Shown piece after piece: positions 33,701 through 43,635 of a stretch of 64,000 nt of DNA (positions are counted from its first letter, which is position 1; each line of letters opens with the position of its first letter). A program made the position numbers and the translations under genes. This DNA is from Rhynchopus sp. YZ270_cl-10 (lineage: Eukaryota): the NCBI GenBank assembly GCA_964035575.1, contig OZ037841.1:434001-498000 (forward strand), written 5' to 3'. A model generated the notes under the pieces. That model ran no database searches, had not been told where the DNA came from, and saw nothing but the letters and a program-made list of their open reading frames with translations.

Positions 33701-35818
33701 AGGAAAGAGCTGTTCCGTCACTCTGTGCTGTTGTTCACCACTGACACGTAACTCCTCATTCCCGTCGATGCTGATGATGAAGTCGCCACCAAAGTCGTTC
33801 AAGTAATTCACCACAAAGATGCCGTGACAAGAAACAGTCCAAACGGTGTCGGCGATCTTTGTGGGAAGCAGCCTGTCCACGATGCCACTGCTCGGCAGCA
33901 CAATGTCGTTCGACAGACACTCGTAACGGAAGGTAAAGTCACCACCATCAGTGTCAACCTCACTCGTGAACACCACGTGTGTCGATCCTGTCGAAGTGAA
34001 GGTGAAGTCCTCAGCAGTGTCCACACCAGACGCGTTGAAGAAGGTGGACCAGACTCCGTTCTCTGTCTGCATCATCCACAGAGAGTTGTTGCCAATATTG
34101 AAAGACGTCCACGTGATGTTCACATCCTCGTGTTCCTTGCACTGCAGGATCCAGTACTCCTGCTCACTTGGCTCGTACTTCTTCTGTCTACTAATGTGGC
34201 TCACGTCCCCAGCAGTGTTCAGTGTTGATGGAAGAGCAGCAGGCACAGCGCCACAAGCCCACGAGAACAGCACCTTCTTGTTCCCAGACATCGACTTCAC
34301 TCTCGCAGTCATCGTAACAGTTTTGTCTGCAAAAAATCTCGGTGTTGTCTGTGTCGTGTGCGCACCACTGACACGTAACTCCTCATTCCCGTTGTTGCTG
34401 ATGATGAAGTCGCCACCAAAGTCGTTCAAGTAATTCACCACAAAGATGCTGTCACAGGAAACAGTCCAAACGGTGTCGGCGATCTTTGTGGGAAGCAACC
34501 TGTCCACGATGCCACTGCTCGGCAGCACAATGTCGTTCGACAGACACTCGTAACGGAAGGCAAAGTCACCACCATCACTGTCAGCCTCACTCGTGAACAC
34601 CACGTGTGTCGATCCTGTTGTCGAAGTGAAGGTGAAGTCCTCAGCAGTGTCCAAACCAGACGCGTTGAAGAAGGTGGAGAAGACACCGTTCTCTGTCCGC
34701 ACCATCCACAGAGAGTCGCTGCCAATGTCGAAAGACGTCCACGTGATGTGCACATCTTCGTTTTCCTTGCACTGCAGGATCCAGTACTCCTGCTCACTTG
34801 GCCCGTCATGCTTCTGTCTACTTATGTGGCTCACATCCCCAGCAGTGTTCAGTGTTGATGGAAGAGCAGCAGGCACAGCGTCACAGGCCCACGAGAACAG
34901 AACCTTCTTGTTCCCAGTCTTCATACTCGCAGTCATCGTCACAGTTGTGTGTACGGCAAAGTTCTTTGTCGTCAGTGTCGTGTGCTCACCACTGACACGT
35001 AACTCCTCATTCCCGTCGATGCTGATGATGAAGTCGCCACCAAAGTCGTTCAAGTAATTCACCACAAAGATGCCGTGACAAGAAACAGTCCAAACGGTGT
35101 CGGCGATCTTTGTGGGAAGCAGCCTGTCCACGATGCCACTGCTCGGCAGCACAATGTCGTTCGACAGACACTCGTAACGGAAGGCAAAGTCACCACCAGC
35201 ACTGTCAACCTCACTCGTGAACACCACGTATGTCGATCCTGTCGAAGCGAAGATGAAGTCCTCAGCAGTGTCCAAACCAGACGCGTTGAAGAAGGTGGAC
35301 CAGACTCCGTTCTCTCTCTGCACCATCCACAGAGAGTCGCTGCCAATGTTGAAAGACGTCCACGTGATGTGCACATCTTCGTTTTCGTCACACTGAAGAT
35401 GCCAAGTCAGTCCCTCATTTGGTCCGTACTTCATGTGGCTCACGTCCCCAGCAGTGTTCAGTGTTGATGGAAGAGCAGCAGGCACAGCATCACAGCCGTA
35501 CGAGAACAGAACCTTCTTGTTCCCAGACATCGACTTCACTCTCGCAATCATAACGACATGTGTCTGTGCAACAAAGCTCTGTGTAGTGACCGTCCTGTGC
35601 TCACCACTGACACGTGACTCCTCAGTCACGTCGTTGTAGATGATGAAGTCGCCATCAAAGTCGTTCAAGTAATGCACCACAAACGTGCCGTCACAGGAAA
35701 CAGTCCAGAACGTGTCGTCAATTTCGTCGGGAAGCAGCCAGTCCACGATGCCGCTGCTATTGTCAAGGTTGTGCACACCAGCGTGCAGCGCCATCGCTGC
35801 CACAAGAACTGAATACAT
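30779..35818 (-). CDS. Type I surface protein A: 4 x ~207-aa CUB-like double modules, long PTAV/PAGT mucin-like stalk, EGF-like module, TM
   Basis: Signal MYSVLVAAMALHA; repeats with W..C...ITWTSF..DSL...VVFTSE...GGDFAFRYEC (CUB-like); stalk ~31570-33300; C-terminal TM VGAIVGISVGVGLVAIAAVVLVVCC. Confidence 0.9.
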   Translation of the reverse strand: MYSVLVAAMALHAGVHNLDNSSGIVDWLLPDEIDDTFWTVSCDGTFVVHYLNDFDGDFIIYNDVTEESRVSGEHRTVTTQSFVAQTHVVMIARVKSMSGNKKVLFSYGCDAVPAALPSTLNTAGDVSHMKYGPNEGLTWHLQCDENEDVHITWTSFNIGSDSLWMVQRENGVWSTFFNASGLDTAEDFIFASTGSTYVVFTSEVDSAGGDFAFRYECLSNDIVLPSSGIVDRLLPTKIADTVWTVSCHGIFVVNYLNDFGGDFIISIDGNEELRVSGEHTTLTTKNFAVHTTVTMTASMKTGNKKVLFSWACDAVPAALPSTLNTAGDVSHISRQKHDGPSEQEYWILQCKENEDVHITWTSFDIGSDSLWMVRTENGVFSTFFNASGLDTAEDFTFTSTTGSTHVVFTSEADSDGGDFAFRYECLSNDIVLPSSGIVDRLLPTKIADTVWTVSCDSIFVVNYLNDFGGDFIISNNGNEELRVSGAHTTQTTPRFFADKTVTMTARVKSMSGNKKVLFSWACGAVPAALPSTLNTAGDVSHISRQKKYEPSEQEYWILQCKEHEDVNITWTSFNIGNNSLWMMQTENGVWSTFFNASGVDTAEDFTFTSTGSTHVVFTSEVDTDGGDFTFRYECLSNDIVLPSSGIVDRLLPTKIADTVWTVSCHGIFVVNYLNDFGGDFIISIDGNEELRVSGEQQHRVTEQLFPVYATVTMTASMKTGNKKVLFSWACGALPAALPSTLNTAGDVSHMKYGPNEQEYWEFQCEVAVHITWTSFNIGSDSLCIVEIDNGVWSTFFNASGVDTAEDFTFTSTGSTYVVFTSEVDTDGGDFAFRYECLSTAAPVLPTAEPTAVPTTTPTAAPTAVPAGTTAAPTAVPTAVPTPVPAGTTAVPTASPTAVPTAVPTAVPAGTTAVPTASPTVSPTAVPTASPTAVPTAVPAGTTAVPTAVPTVSPTAVPTASPTVSPTAVPTAVPTAVPAGTTAVPTAVPTAVPTVSPTVSPTAAPTAVPAGTTAVPTAVPTAVPTVSPTAVPTASPTVSPTAVPTAVPTAVPAGTTAAPTASPTVSPTAVPTAVPTVSPTVSPTAAPTAVPAGTTAVPTASPTVSPTAVPTAVPAGTTAVPTAVPTAVPTVSPTAVPTASPTVSPTAVPTAVPAGTTAVPTASPTVSPTAVPTAVPAGTTAVPTAVPTAVPTVSPTAVPTASPTVSPTAVPTAVPAGTTAVPTAVPTAVPTAVPTVSPTAVPTASPTVSPTAVPTASPTVSPTAVPTAVPAGTTAVPTAVPTAVPTVSPTAVPTASPTVSPTAVPTAVPTAVPAGTTAVPTAVPAGTTAAPTASPTVSPTAVPTAVPTVSPTVSPTAAPTAVPAGTTAVPTASPTVSPTAVPTAVPAGTTAVPTAVPTVSPTAAPTAAPTPVPTTEAPSSAAMTWCTTDAQCKQHGDTAATCKDNGHCTCGDGFVKPFDTASGRRAHICVTSETRVSDVVHATFDVACDGSSGKGARVGEFVVDLVGGTVTDVREECGSLNVFVSVSDMPLLDVAAMDVAARLSEKVQGSDLGLGDVLSAGLASVDAVQCPTVPGVSQVYRTDAGECVPLSCLGGYTRVRTGTVYACISSTAAPLEEDLAPTDSDDELAVGAIVGISVGVGLVAIAAVVLVVCCVSRKQTTKEPESPTQNAPNEHSNVSV

Positions 35819-36057
35819 GGTGTGGAGAGTGTGGTGCAAAGGGTGTATGATTTATCTGTGATGGGGTGGGGTACAAACACACAGGCAGTCACCAGATCGG
35901 TGTGAACAGTTCTCACTGGCTTTATCAGTGAGTAATTTACCAAACGGAGCCCTGAAAATAGAGGTGGGCTTGTTTGACTGATAAGATATGGACCATTGGG
36001 AGTGCGAGATCACCTTTTTGTGCGTGCATTTTCTGTTCTGTTTCTTTTTGGCTATAA

Positions 36058-36175
36058 CCACCTGATTTTTACCCGGCGTATAGGCGCGTAAAGGCTGGGG
36101 AAAATGGGTGGGGTTTGGCCTATACTGGCCTGAACGGGCCTTTACGCGCCTATACGAGGGGTAAAAATCAGGTGG
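36058..36175. mobile_element. 118-bp MITE, TSD TATAA (or ATA)
   Basis: TIR ccacctgatttttaccc..cgtataggcgcgtaaaggc / gcctttacgcgcctatacg..gggtaaaaatcaggtgg. tataa on both flanks. Confidence 0.85.
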
Positions 36176-37951
36176 TATAAGAAAAAGAAGAGAAAAAAAG
36201 GGAAGAAAGACTGTGACGCCGGTCCAACAGGAGGGGGTTTGAAGGGTTTTCATAAAGAGAAGTGGGTGGTGGAGGAAAGAGAACAGAAGGTTTGTGCAAC
36301 TGCGGGCCGGAAGAGGGGGGTATAAAAGATAGCACTCCTGACAACCCTTTTTGCAGGGTTCGTTTTGTGTACCATTACCACATCATATTTTGTTATTTGT
36401 GGAGTTATTTAATGACGGGAGGTGCTGTGAACCTGCTGCATTGTACACGGTATGCTTATGACGACAACAGACCAGAGCACAGATGATGTGCGGTGTAGAA
36501 CCCCATCAGTACTCCTTTACCATCCTCTCGAAGCGACAGTTAGGTAGCAGCACTGAAGGCAGAGAAGGAAAAGGCGCACCTGCAAGCACCACAGGCAACG
36601 CAGATGCTTCGGCGTGCAGGTCATGGTGCAGTGTTCTGGTATGCCGGGAATTTGAGCAGAGTGCCCATTAAGGTGATCTCAAAACAGTGGGGGAGGGGAG
36701 GACCGTTTTTATTTACTTTCATAGCAAAACCAGGCCGCGGACTAGGTGGGGAAGGGACCGAAGTCTCTTCCCTACTTAGTGGGCCATTCTGACAGGGGAA
36801 ATATGGGTGGAAAAGAGAGAGGGCAAAACGCCTCTGATGTGCAGCCAGTGAGGATCCGTGGGGTTAGCGAACACCCGGACTGTGCTGTTTTGCAGGGGGA
36901 AACATTTTTTATGTTAGTATGATAGACAAGAAGTAGTTGGTAGTCTTGGCTCGGTAGTGCAACTTCGAGCCAGGTTTTTTTCTGAAAATTTTTGCAGGAA
37001 ATAACGAAAAGCCAAAATAAAATAGTTCGTAAGATGTGCCAATACTGTCATGAAGCAATAAAAAAATATTGAGACATGAATGTATCTACACACATCTTGC
37101 TGAAAGAAACAAAAACAGAAAAGACGGTCTGTGGCGACTGACACGTCTTTCAAGACAACCGAACCATGTTCGGAGGAATGGGATGTGGTGTCGTGGATGG
37201 GAAACAAATTCCACTGGAAACAAATTATGAAACGATAAAAAGAAATATGGCGGCCAAAGGCACACAAAGTGCTGGGTCCAGTTTGCCACTGTCGTTGAGC
37301 TCGCTCGATCCCAAGGAGACTCAACTGTGTGGGTAGGACACGTGTGACTCTGTAGTCCCAAAGAAAAGGGGATTGTAGGAGATCACAAGGCATACCGATG
37401 AGAGAAGATGTGACTTCGGAAAGGCTTATGTGCCTCACTGGTCACGTGGAACAGGAAAAGAAAAATAAAAATAAAAGAAACGAAAGAGGAAGTTAGAAAA
37501 TAAAATATACCATTCGCCATCAACACGGCGACAGTACAGGTATTTAGCTACTCGACAAAAAGGTATTCGCTTGACAAACTTACGTCATTGTGGAAATTTA
37601 GCATTCCCTGATCGGACGTACGTTCCTCAGGAATACAACATAAAAATAGTTCCAGGATATCTACTGCTACTGTTTCAGTGACAAAAACTTTTGTTTGATT
37701 GTGTGACAAAAAGAAGGGTTCAAAAAACAAAGAACAAATTCATCAGAAAGAAATAAGGTTGAAACACGCTGCTATGTCTCGTGTACTTAGCAGTTTCCAC
37801 GAAACATAACCTTAACGCAGACGACACTCATTGGGAGGGTCAGAATACTACACACAGACACGGGTCAAAACAATCTGTACGTTGTACAGATGAAAGGATG
37901 AAAGACAAGACACACCAAAGCACGTCCAGTAGGTGCTCCACCTCTACCTCT

Positions 37952-40900
37952 CTACACAGAGACGTTGCTGTGCTCGTTGGGTGCATTCTGAGTAGGAGAT
38001 TCAGGCTCTTTGGTCGTTTGCTTCCTTGACACACAGCACACCACGAGCACCACAGCCGCAATCGCAACAAGACCCACACCGACACTGATACCGACAATGG
38101 CACCCACAGCAAGTTCGTCGTCTGAATCAGTAGGTGCAAGATCCTCTTCCAACGGTGCTGCTGTGGAGGAAATACACGCATACACAGTCCCCGTGCGGAC
38201 CCTCGTGTACCCACCTAAGCAGGACAGCGGCACACACTCACCCGCGTCCGTGCGGTACACCTGGCTCACACCAGGCACAGTCGGACACTGCACCGCATCC
38301 ACAGAGGCAAGCCCTGCAGACAGCACATCCCCAAGGCCCAGGTCAGACCCCTGCACCTTCTCCGAGAGGCGTGCTGCCACGTCCATTGCAGCCACGTCAA
38401 GCAGCGGCATGTCCGACACAGACACAAACACGTTCAGCGACCCGCACTCCTCACGCACGTCCGTCACAGTCCCACCCACAAGGTCCACCACAAACTCACC
38501 GACACGTGCACCCTTCCCAGAGCTGCCGTCGCAAGCAACGTCGAACGTTGCGTGCACCACATCCGACACCCTCGTCTCGCTCGTCACACAGATGTGTGCA
38601 CGGCGTCCGCTGGCAGTGTCAAAGGGCTTCACGAAGCCGTCCCCACACGTGCAGTGTCCGTTATCCTTGCATGTTGCCGCAGTGTCGCCGTGCTGCTTGC
38701 ACTGTGCATCAGTGGTGCACCACGTCATAGCTGCGCTGCTTGGTGCTTCTGTGGTTGGCACTGGGGTGGGTGCTGCTGTTGGTGCTGCTGTGGGTGAAAC
38801 AGTCGGTGATGCAGTTGGTGCTGCTGTAGTTCCTGCAGGGAGTGCTGTGGGTGCTGCAGTTGGTGTAGCTGTCGGCACTGCTGTCGTCCCTGCAGGGAGT
38901 GCCGTTGGTTCGGCAGTCGGTGTAGCTGTTGGCACCGCAGTCGTTCTTGCAGGGAGTGCTGTTGGTTCTGCAGTTGGTGCTGCTGTCATTCCTGCAGGCA
39001 CTGCTGTTGGTACTGCAGTTGGTTCTGCAGTTGGCGCTGCTGTCATCCCTACAGGGAGTGCTGTTGGTGCTGCAGTTGGCACCGCTGTAGTTCCTGCAGG
39101 GGGTGCTGTTGGTTCTGCTGTTGGTGCTGCTGTCATTCCTGCAGGCACTGCTGTTGGTACTGCGGTCGGTGTAGCCGTCGGTACTGCTGTCGGTGTAGCC
39201 GTCGGTACTGCTGTCGGTTCTGCTGTGGGAAGTACTGGGGCAGGTGTCGACAGACACTCGTAACGGAAGGCAAAGTCACCACCATCAGTGTCAACCTCAC
39301 TCGTGAACACCACGTATGTCGATCCTGTCGAAGTGAAGGTGAAGTCCTCAGCAGTGTCCACACCAGACGCGTTGAAGAAGGTGGACCAGACGCCGTTCTC
39401 TCTCTGCAACATCCACAGAGAGTCGCTGCCAATGTTGAAAGACGTCCACGTGATGTGCACATCAACTTCGCACTGGAACTCCCAATACTCCTGCTCATTT
39501 GGTCCGTACTTCATGTGGCTCACGTCCCCAGCAGTGTTCAGTGTTGATGGAAGAGCAGCAGGCAGAGCGCCACAAGCCCACGAGAACAGAACCTTCTTGT
39601 TCCCAGTCTTCATACTCGCAGTCATCGTCACAGTTGTGTGTACAGGAAAGAGTTGTTCCGTCACTCTGTGCTGTTGTTCACCACTGACACGTAACTCCTC
39701 ATTCCCGTCGATGCTGATGATGAAGTCGCCACCAAAGTCGTTCAAGTAATTCACCACAAAGATGCCGTGACAAGAAACAGTCCAAACGGTGTCGGCGATC
39801 TTTGTGGGAAGCAGCCTGTCCACGATGCCACTGATCGGCAGCACAATGTCGTTCGACAGACACTCGTAACGGAAGGCAAAGTCACCACCAGCACTGTCAG
39901 CCTCACTCGTGAACACCACGTATGTGGATCCTGTTGTCGAAGTGAAGGTGAAGTCCTCAGCAGTGTCCACACCAGACGCGTTGAAGAAGGTGGACAAGAC
40001 GCCGTTATCTGTCTCAGCTATCCACAGAGAGTTGTTGCCAATGTTGAAAGACGTCCACGTGATGTTCACATCTTCGTGTTCCTTGCACTGCAGGATCCAG
40101 TACTCCTGCTCATTTGACCCGTACTTCTTATGTCTACTTATGTGGCTCACATCCCCAGCAGTGTTCAGTGTTGATGGAAGAGCAGCAGGCACAGCGTCAC
40201 AGGCCCACGAGAACAGAACCTTCTTGTTCCCAGTCTTCATACTCGCAGTCATCGTCACAGTTGTGTGTACTGCAAAGTTCTTTGTCGTCAGTGTCGTGTG
40301 CTCACCACTGACACGTAACTCCTCATTCCCGTCGATGCTGATGATGAAGTCGCCACCAAAGTCGTTCAAGTAATTCACCACAAACGTGCCGTGACAAGAA
40401 ACAGTCCAAACGGTGTCGGCGATCTTTGTGGGAAGCAACCTGTCCACGATGCCACTGCTCGGCAGCACAATGTCGTTCGACAGACACTCGTAACGGAAGG
40501 CAAAGTCACCACCATCACTGCCAACCTCACTCGTGAACACCACGTATGTGGATCCTGTTGTCGAAGTGAAGGTGAAGTCCTCAGCAGTGTCCACACCAGA
40601 CGCGTTGAAGAAGGTGGACAAGACGCCGTTCTCTGTCTCAGCTATCCACAGAGAGTCGCTGCCAATGTTGAAAGACGTCCACGTGATCTTCACATCTTCG
40701 TGTTCCTTGCACTGCAGGATCCAGTACTCCTGCTCACTTGGCCCGTTCTTCCGTCTACGTATGTGGCTCACATCCCCAGCAGTGTTCAGTGTTGATGGAA
40801 GAGCAGCAGGCGTAGAGTCACAGGCCCACGAGAACAGAACCTTCTTGTTCCCAGTCTTCATACTCGCAGTCATCGTCACAGTTGTGTGTACGGCAAAGCG

Positions 40901-42379
40901 GTGTGTGGTCACTCTGTTGTACGCACCACTGACACGTGACTCCTCGTTCCCGTCGATGCTGATGATGAAGTCGCCACCAAAGTCGTTCAAGTAATTCACC
41001 ACAAAGATGCCGTGACAAGAAACAGTCCAAACGGTGTCGGCGATCTTTGTGGGAAGCAACCTGTCCACGATGCCACTGATCGGCAGCACAATGTCGTTCG
41101 ACAGACACTCGTAACGGAAGGCAAAGTCACCACCATCACTGCCAACCTCACTCGTGAACACCACGTATGTGGATCCTGTTGTCGAAGTGAAGGTGAAGTC
41201 CTCAGCAGTGTCCACACCAGACGCGTTGAAGAAGGTGGACAAGACGCCGTTATCTGTCTCAGCTATCCACAGAGAGTTGTTGCCAATGTTGAAAGACGTC
41301 CACGTGATGTTCACATCTTCGTGTTCCTTGCACTGCAGGATCCAGTACTCCTGCTCATTTGACCCGTACTTCTTATGTCTACTTATGTGGCTCACATCCC
41401 CAGCAGTGTTCAGTGTTGATGGAAGAGCAGCAGGCACAGCGTCACAGGCCCACGAGAACAGAACCTTCTTGTTCCCAGTCTTCATACTCGCAGTCATCGT
41501 CACAGTTGTGTGTACTGCAAAGTTCTTTGTCGTCAGTGTCGTGTGCTCACCACTGACACGTAACTCCTCATTCCCGTCGATGCTGATGATGAAGTCGCCA
41601 CCAAAGTCGTTCAAGTAATTCACCACAAACGTGCCGTGACAAGAAACAGTCCAAACGGTGTCGGCGATCTTTGTGGGAAGCAGCCTGTCCACGATGCCAC
41701 TGCTCGGCAGCACAATGTCGTTCGACAGACACTCGTAACGGAAGGCAAAGTCACCACCAGCACTGTCAACCTCACTCGTGAACACCACGTATGTCGATCC
41801 TGTCGAAGCGAAGATGAAGTCCTCAGCAGTGTCCAAACCAGACGCGTTGAAGAAGGTGGACCAGACGCCGTTCTGTCTCTGCACCATCCACAGAGAGTCG
41901 TTGCCAATGTTGAAAGACGTCCACGTGATGTGCACATCTTCGTTTTCGTCACACTGAAAATGCCAAATCAGTCCCTCATTTGGTCCGTACTTCATGTGGC
42001 TCACATCCCCAGCAGTGTTCAGTGTTGATGGAAGAGCAGCAGGCACAGCATCACAGCCATACGAGAACAGAACCTTCTTGTTCCCAGACATCGACTTCAC
42101 TCTCGCAATCAGAATGACACGTGTCTGTGCAACAAAGCTCTGTGTAGTGACCGTCCTGTGCTCACCACTGACACGTGACTCCTCAGTCACGTTGTTGTAG
42201 ATGATGAAGTCGCCATCAAAGTCGTTCAAGTACTGCACCTCAAACGTGCCGTCACAGGAAACAGTCCAGAACGTGTCGTCAATTTCGTCGGGAAGCAGCC
42301 AGTCCACGATGCCGCTGCTATTGTCAAGGTTGTGCACACCAGCGTGCAGCGCCATCGCTGCCACAAGAACTGAATACAT
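37952..42379 (-). CDS. Type I surface protein B (paralog): 5 CUB-like double modules, short stalk
   Basis: Same architecture as copy A with an essentially identical C-terminal region; stalk ~38745-39240. Confidence 0.9.
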   Translation of the reverse strand: MYSVLVAAMALHAGVHNLDNSSGIVDWLLPDEIDDTFWTVSCDGTFEVQYLNDFDGDFIIYNNVTEESRVSGEHRTVTTQSFVAQTRVILIARVKSMSGNKKVLFSYGCDAVPAALPSTLNTAGDVSHMKYGPNEGLIWHFQCDENEDVHITWTSFNIGNDSLWMVQRQNGVWSTFFNASGLDTAEDFIFASTGSTYVVFTSEVDSAGGDFAFRYECLSNDIVLPSSGIVDRLLPTKIADTVWTVSCHGTFVVNYLNDFGGDFIISIDGNEELRVSGEHTTLTTKNFAVHTTVTMTASMKTGNKKVLFSWACDAVPAALPSTLNTAGDVSHISRHKKYGSNEQEYWILQCKEHEDVNITWTSFNIGNNSLWIAETDNGVLSTFFNASGVDTAEDFTFTSTTGSTYVVFTSEVGSDGGDFAFRYECLSNDIVLPISGIVDRLLPTKIADTVWTVSCHGIFVVNYLNDFGGDFIISIDGNEESRVSGAYNRVTTHRFAVHTTVTMTASMKTGNKKVLFSWACDSTPAALPSTLNTAGDVSHIRRRKNGPSEQEYWILQCKEHEDVKITWTSFNIGSDSLWIAETENGVLSTFFNASGVDTAEDFTFTSTTGSTYVVFTSEVGSDGGDFAFRYECLSNDIVLPSSGIVDRLLPTKIADTVWTVSCHGTFVVNYLNDFGGDFIISIDGNEELRVSGEHTTLTTKNFAVHTTVTMTASMKTGNKKVLFSWACDAVPAALPSTLNTAGDVSHISRHKKYGSNEQEYWILQCKEHEDVNITWTSFNIGNNSLWIAETDNGVLSTFFNASGVDTAEDFTFTSTTGSTYVVFTSEADSAGGDFAFRYECLSNDIVLPISGIVDRLLPTKIADTVWTVSCHGIFVVNYLNDFGGDFIISIDGNEELRVSGEQQHRVTEQLFPVHTTVTMTASMKTGNKKVLFSWACGALPAALPSTLNTAGDVSHMKYGPNEQEYWEFQCEVDVHITWTSFNIGSDSLWMLQRENGVWSTFFNASGVDTAEDFTFTSTGSTYVVFTSEVDTDGGDFAFRYECLSTPAPVLPTAEPTAVPTATPTAVPTATPTAVPTAVPAGMTAAPTAEPTAPPAGTTAVPTAAPTALPVGMTAAPTAEPTAVPTAVPAGMTAAPTAEPTALPARTTAVPTATPTAEPTALPAGTTAVPTATPTAAPTALPAGTTAAPTASPTVSPTAAPTAAPTPVPTTEAPSSAAMTWCTTDAQCKQHGDTAATCKDNGHCTCGDGFVKPFDTASGRRAHICVTSETRVSDVVHATFDVACDGSSGKGARVGEFVVDLVGGTVTDVREECGSLNVFVSVSDMPLLDVAAMDVAARLSEKVQGSDLGLGDVLSAGLASVDAVQCPTVPGVSQVYRTDAGECVPLSCLGGYTRVRTGTVYACISSTAAPLEEDLAPTDSDDELAVGAIVGISVGVGLVAIAAVVLVVCCVSRKQTTKEPESPTQNAPNEHSNVSV

Positions 42380-43635
42380 GGTGTGGAGAGTGTGGTGCAA
42401 AGGGTGTATGATTTATCTGGAGTGGGGTGGGGTACAAACACACAGGCAGTCACCAGATCGGTGTGAACAGTTCTCACTGGGGAGGGGAGGTCCTGAGGAC
42501 CACAAGATAATTACCACATTGCTGTACAGAAGACGCCTGCACCTCCGGGGCTGCCAGGTCCCATCTCTACAAAAACACAAACCCAATGCTCAAACAAAGG
42601 AAAATGCCCGCACACCTTGGTCACAGGGGTGAGGGTACTTTTGTCAGTGCGTAATTCACCAAACGGAACCGTGAAAATAGAGGTGGAAGATCTTTTGTTT
42701 GTTTGACTGATAAGATATAACCCAATGCGAGGTGCGAAACCCCCCTCTTTGTGCGTGCATTTTTTCTTCGTTTTTCTCTCTTTTATTTTGATCCTCCGTT
42801 TAGTGCACTGCTTTTCAAGACAGTCTTTTCACTGAACCACCCTTTTTTCTTTTTTTGCACACCTTTTTTTGGCTTTTCTTTTCCTTTTTTGTTTTTGAAG
42901 TTTGGAAAGGACACACACAACGACTGTACGAGACACCCATCATATTATTCCTTCATGTCATTCACCGCCTTTCTTATAGAATAAAAACCGCCAACTGTTA
43001 AAAGAATCTGTTTTGTACGATGATCCTGCTGAATCATCTTACTTAAAGAAACGATGGTTTTGTGCTCAACATCCCATAAGAAGAAGAAGGGGGTGAGGAC
43101 ACTGTACAGAACGAAACCCACCACCTCCTTCCGACTTTCATGTTCTCAAACAGCCTTCACAGCCCCTACCTTAGACAAACGCCTCAAAAATATTACCACA
43201 AAAAAAAATTTGACCAATTCGGACGGAAATAAATAGAAGAAATGCCCTCCAATAAAAAAAAATGATAAAATTCCCCTCCCCTCCCCTTTTGATAATCCCG
43301 AAAAAAATAAAATGAAAAAAAACAATAAACAGAGGGCTGGGTGTGAATTGGGTGGGAAAACGCGCGTTTTTTGTTTTGTTTTGTTTTTTTGGGGGGGGTT
43401 TTTTTTTGAAAAAAAAATGTTGGTAGTTGGTATAGTGTAGGGATCACCGTGCAGTTACCCACCGTTTTTTCTTCTTTTTTTTTCCCCTTGCTTTTTATTA
43501 GGGTGAAGATTTTCCGTAAGAATTTCAAAAAAAAAAATCTGGTGAATAGCCACCACTGCCTCCACCTTCTTCTTTATTTTTCTTTTTCGTTCTGTTTTTT
43601 TGAAAGACATGCAGTTCAGTTCAACACTTCCTACT

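Larger units (their letters stand above)
29030..42780. repeat. Tandem duplication of a ~7-kb unit (surface protein gene plus flanks)
   Basis: ~29030-36050 aligns with ~36180-42780, including about 1.7 kb of non-coding downstream sequence. Confidence 0.9.
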
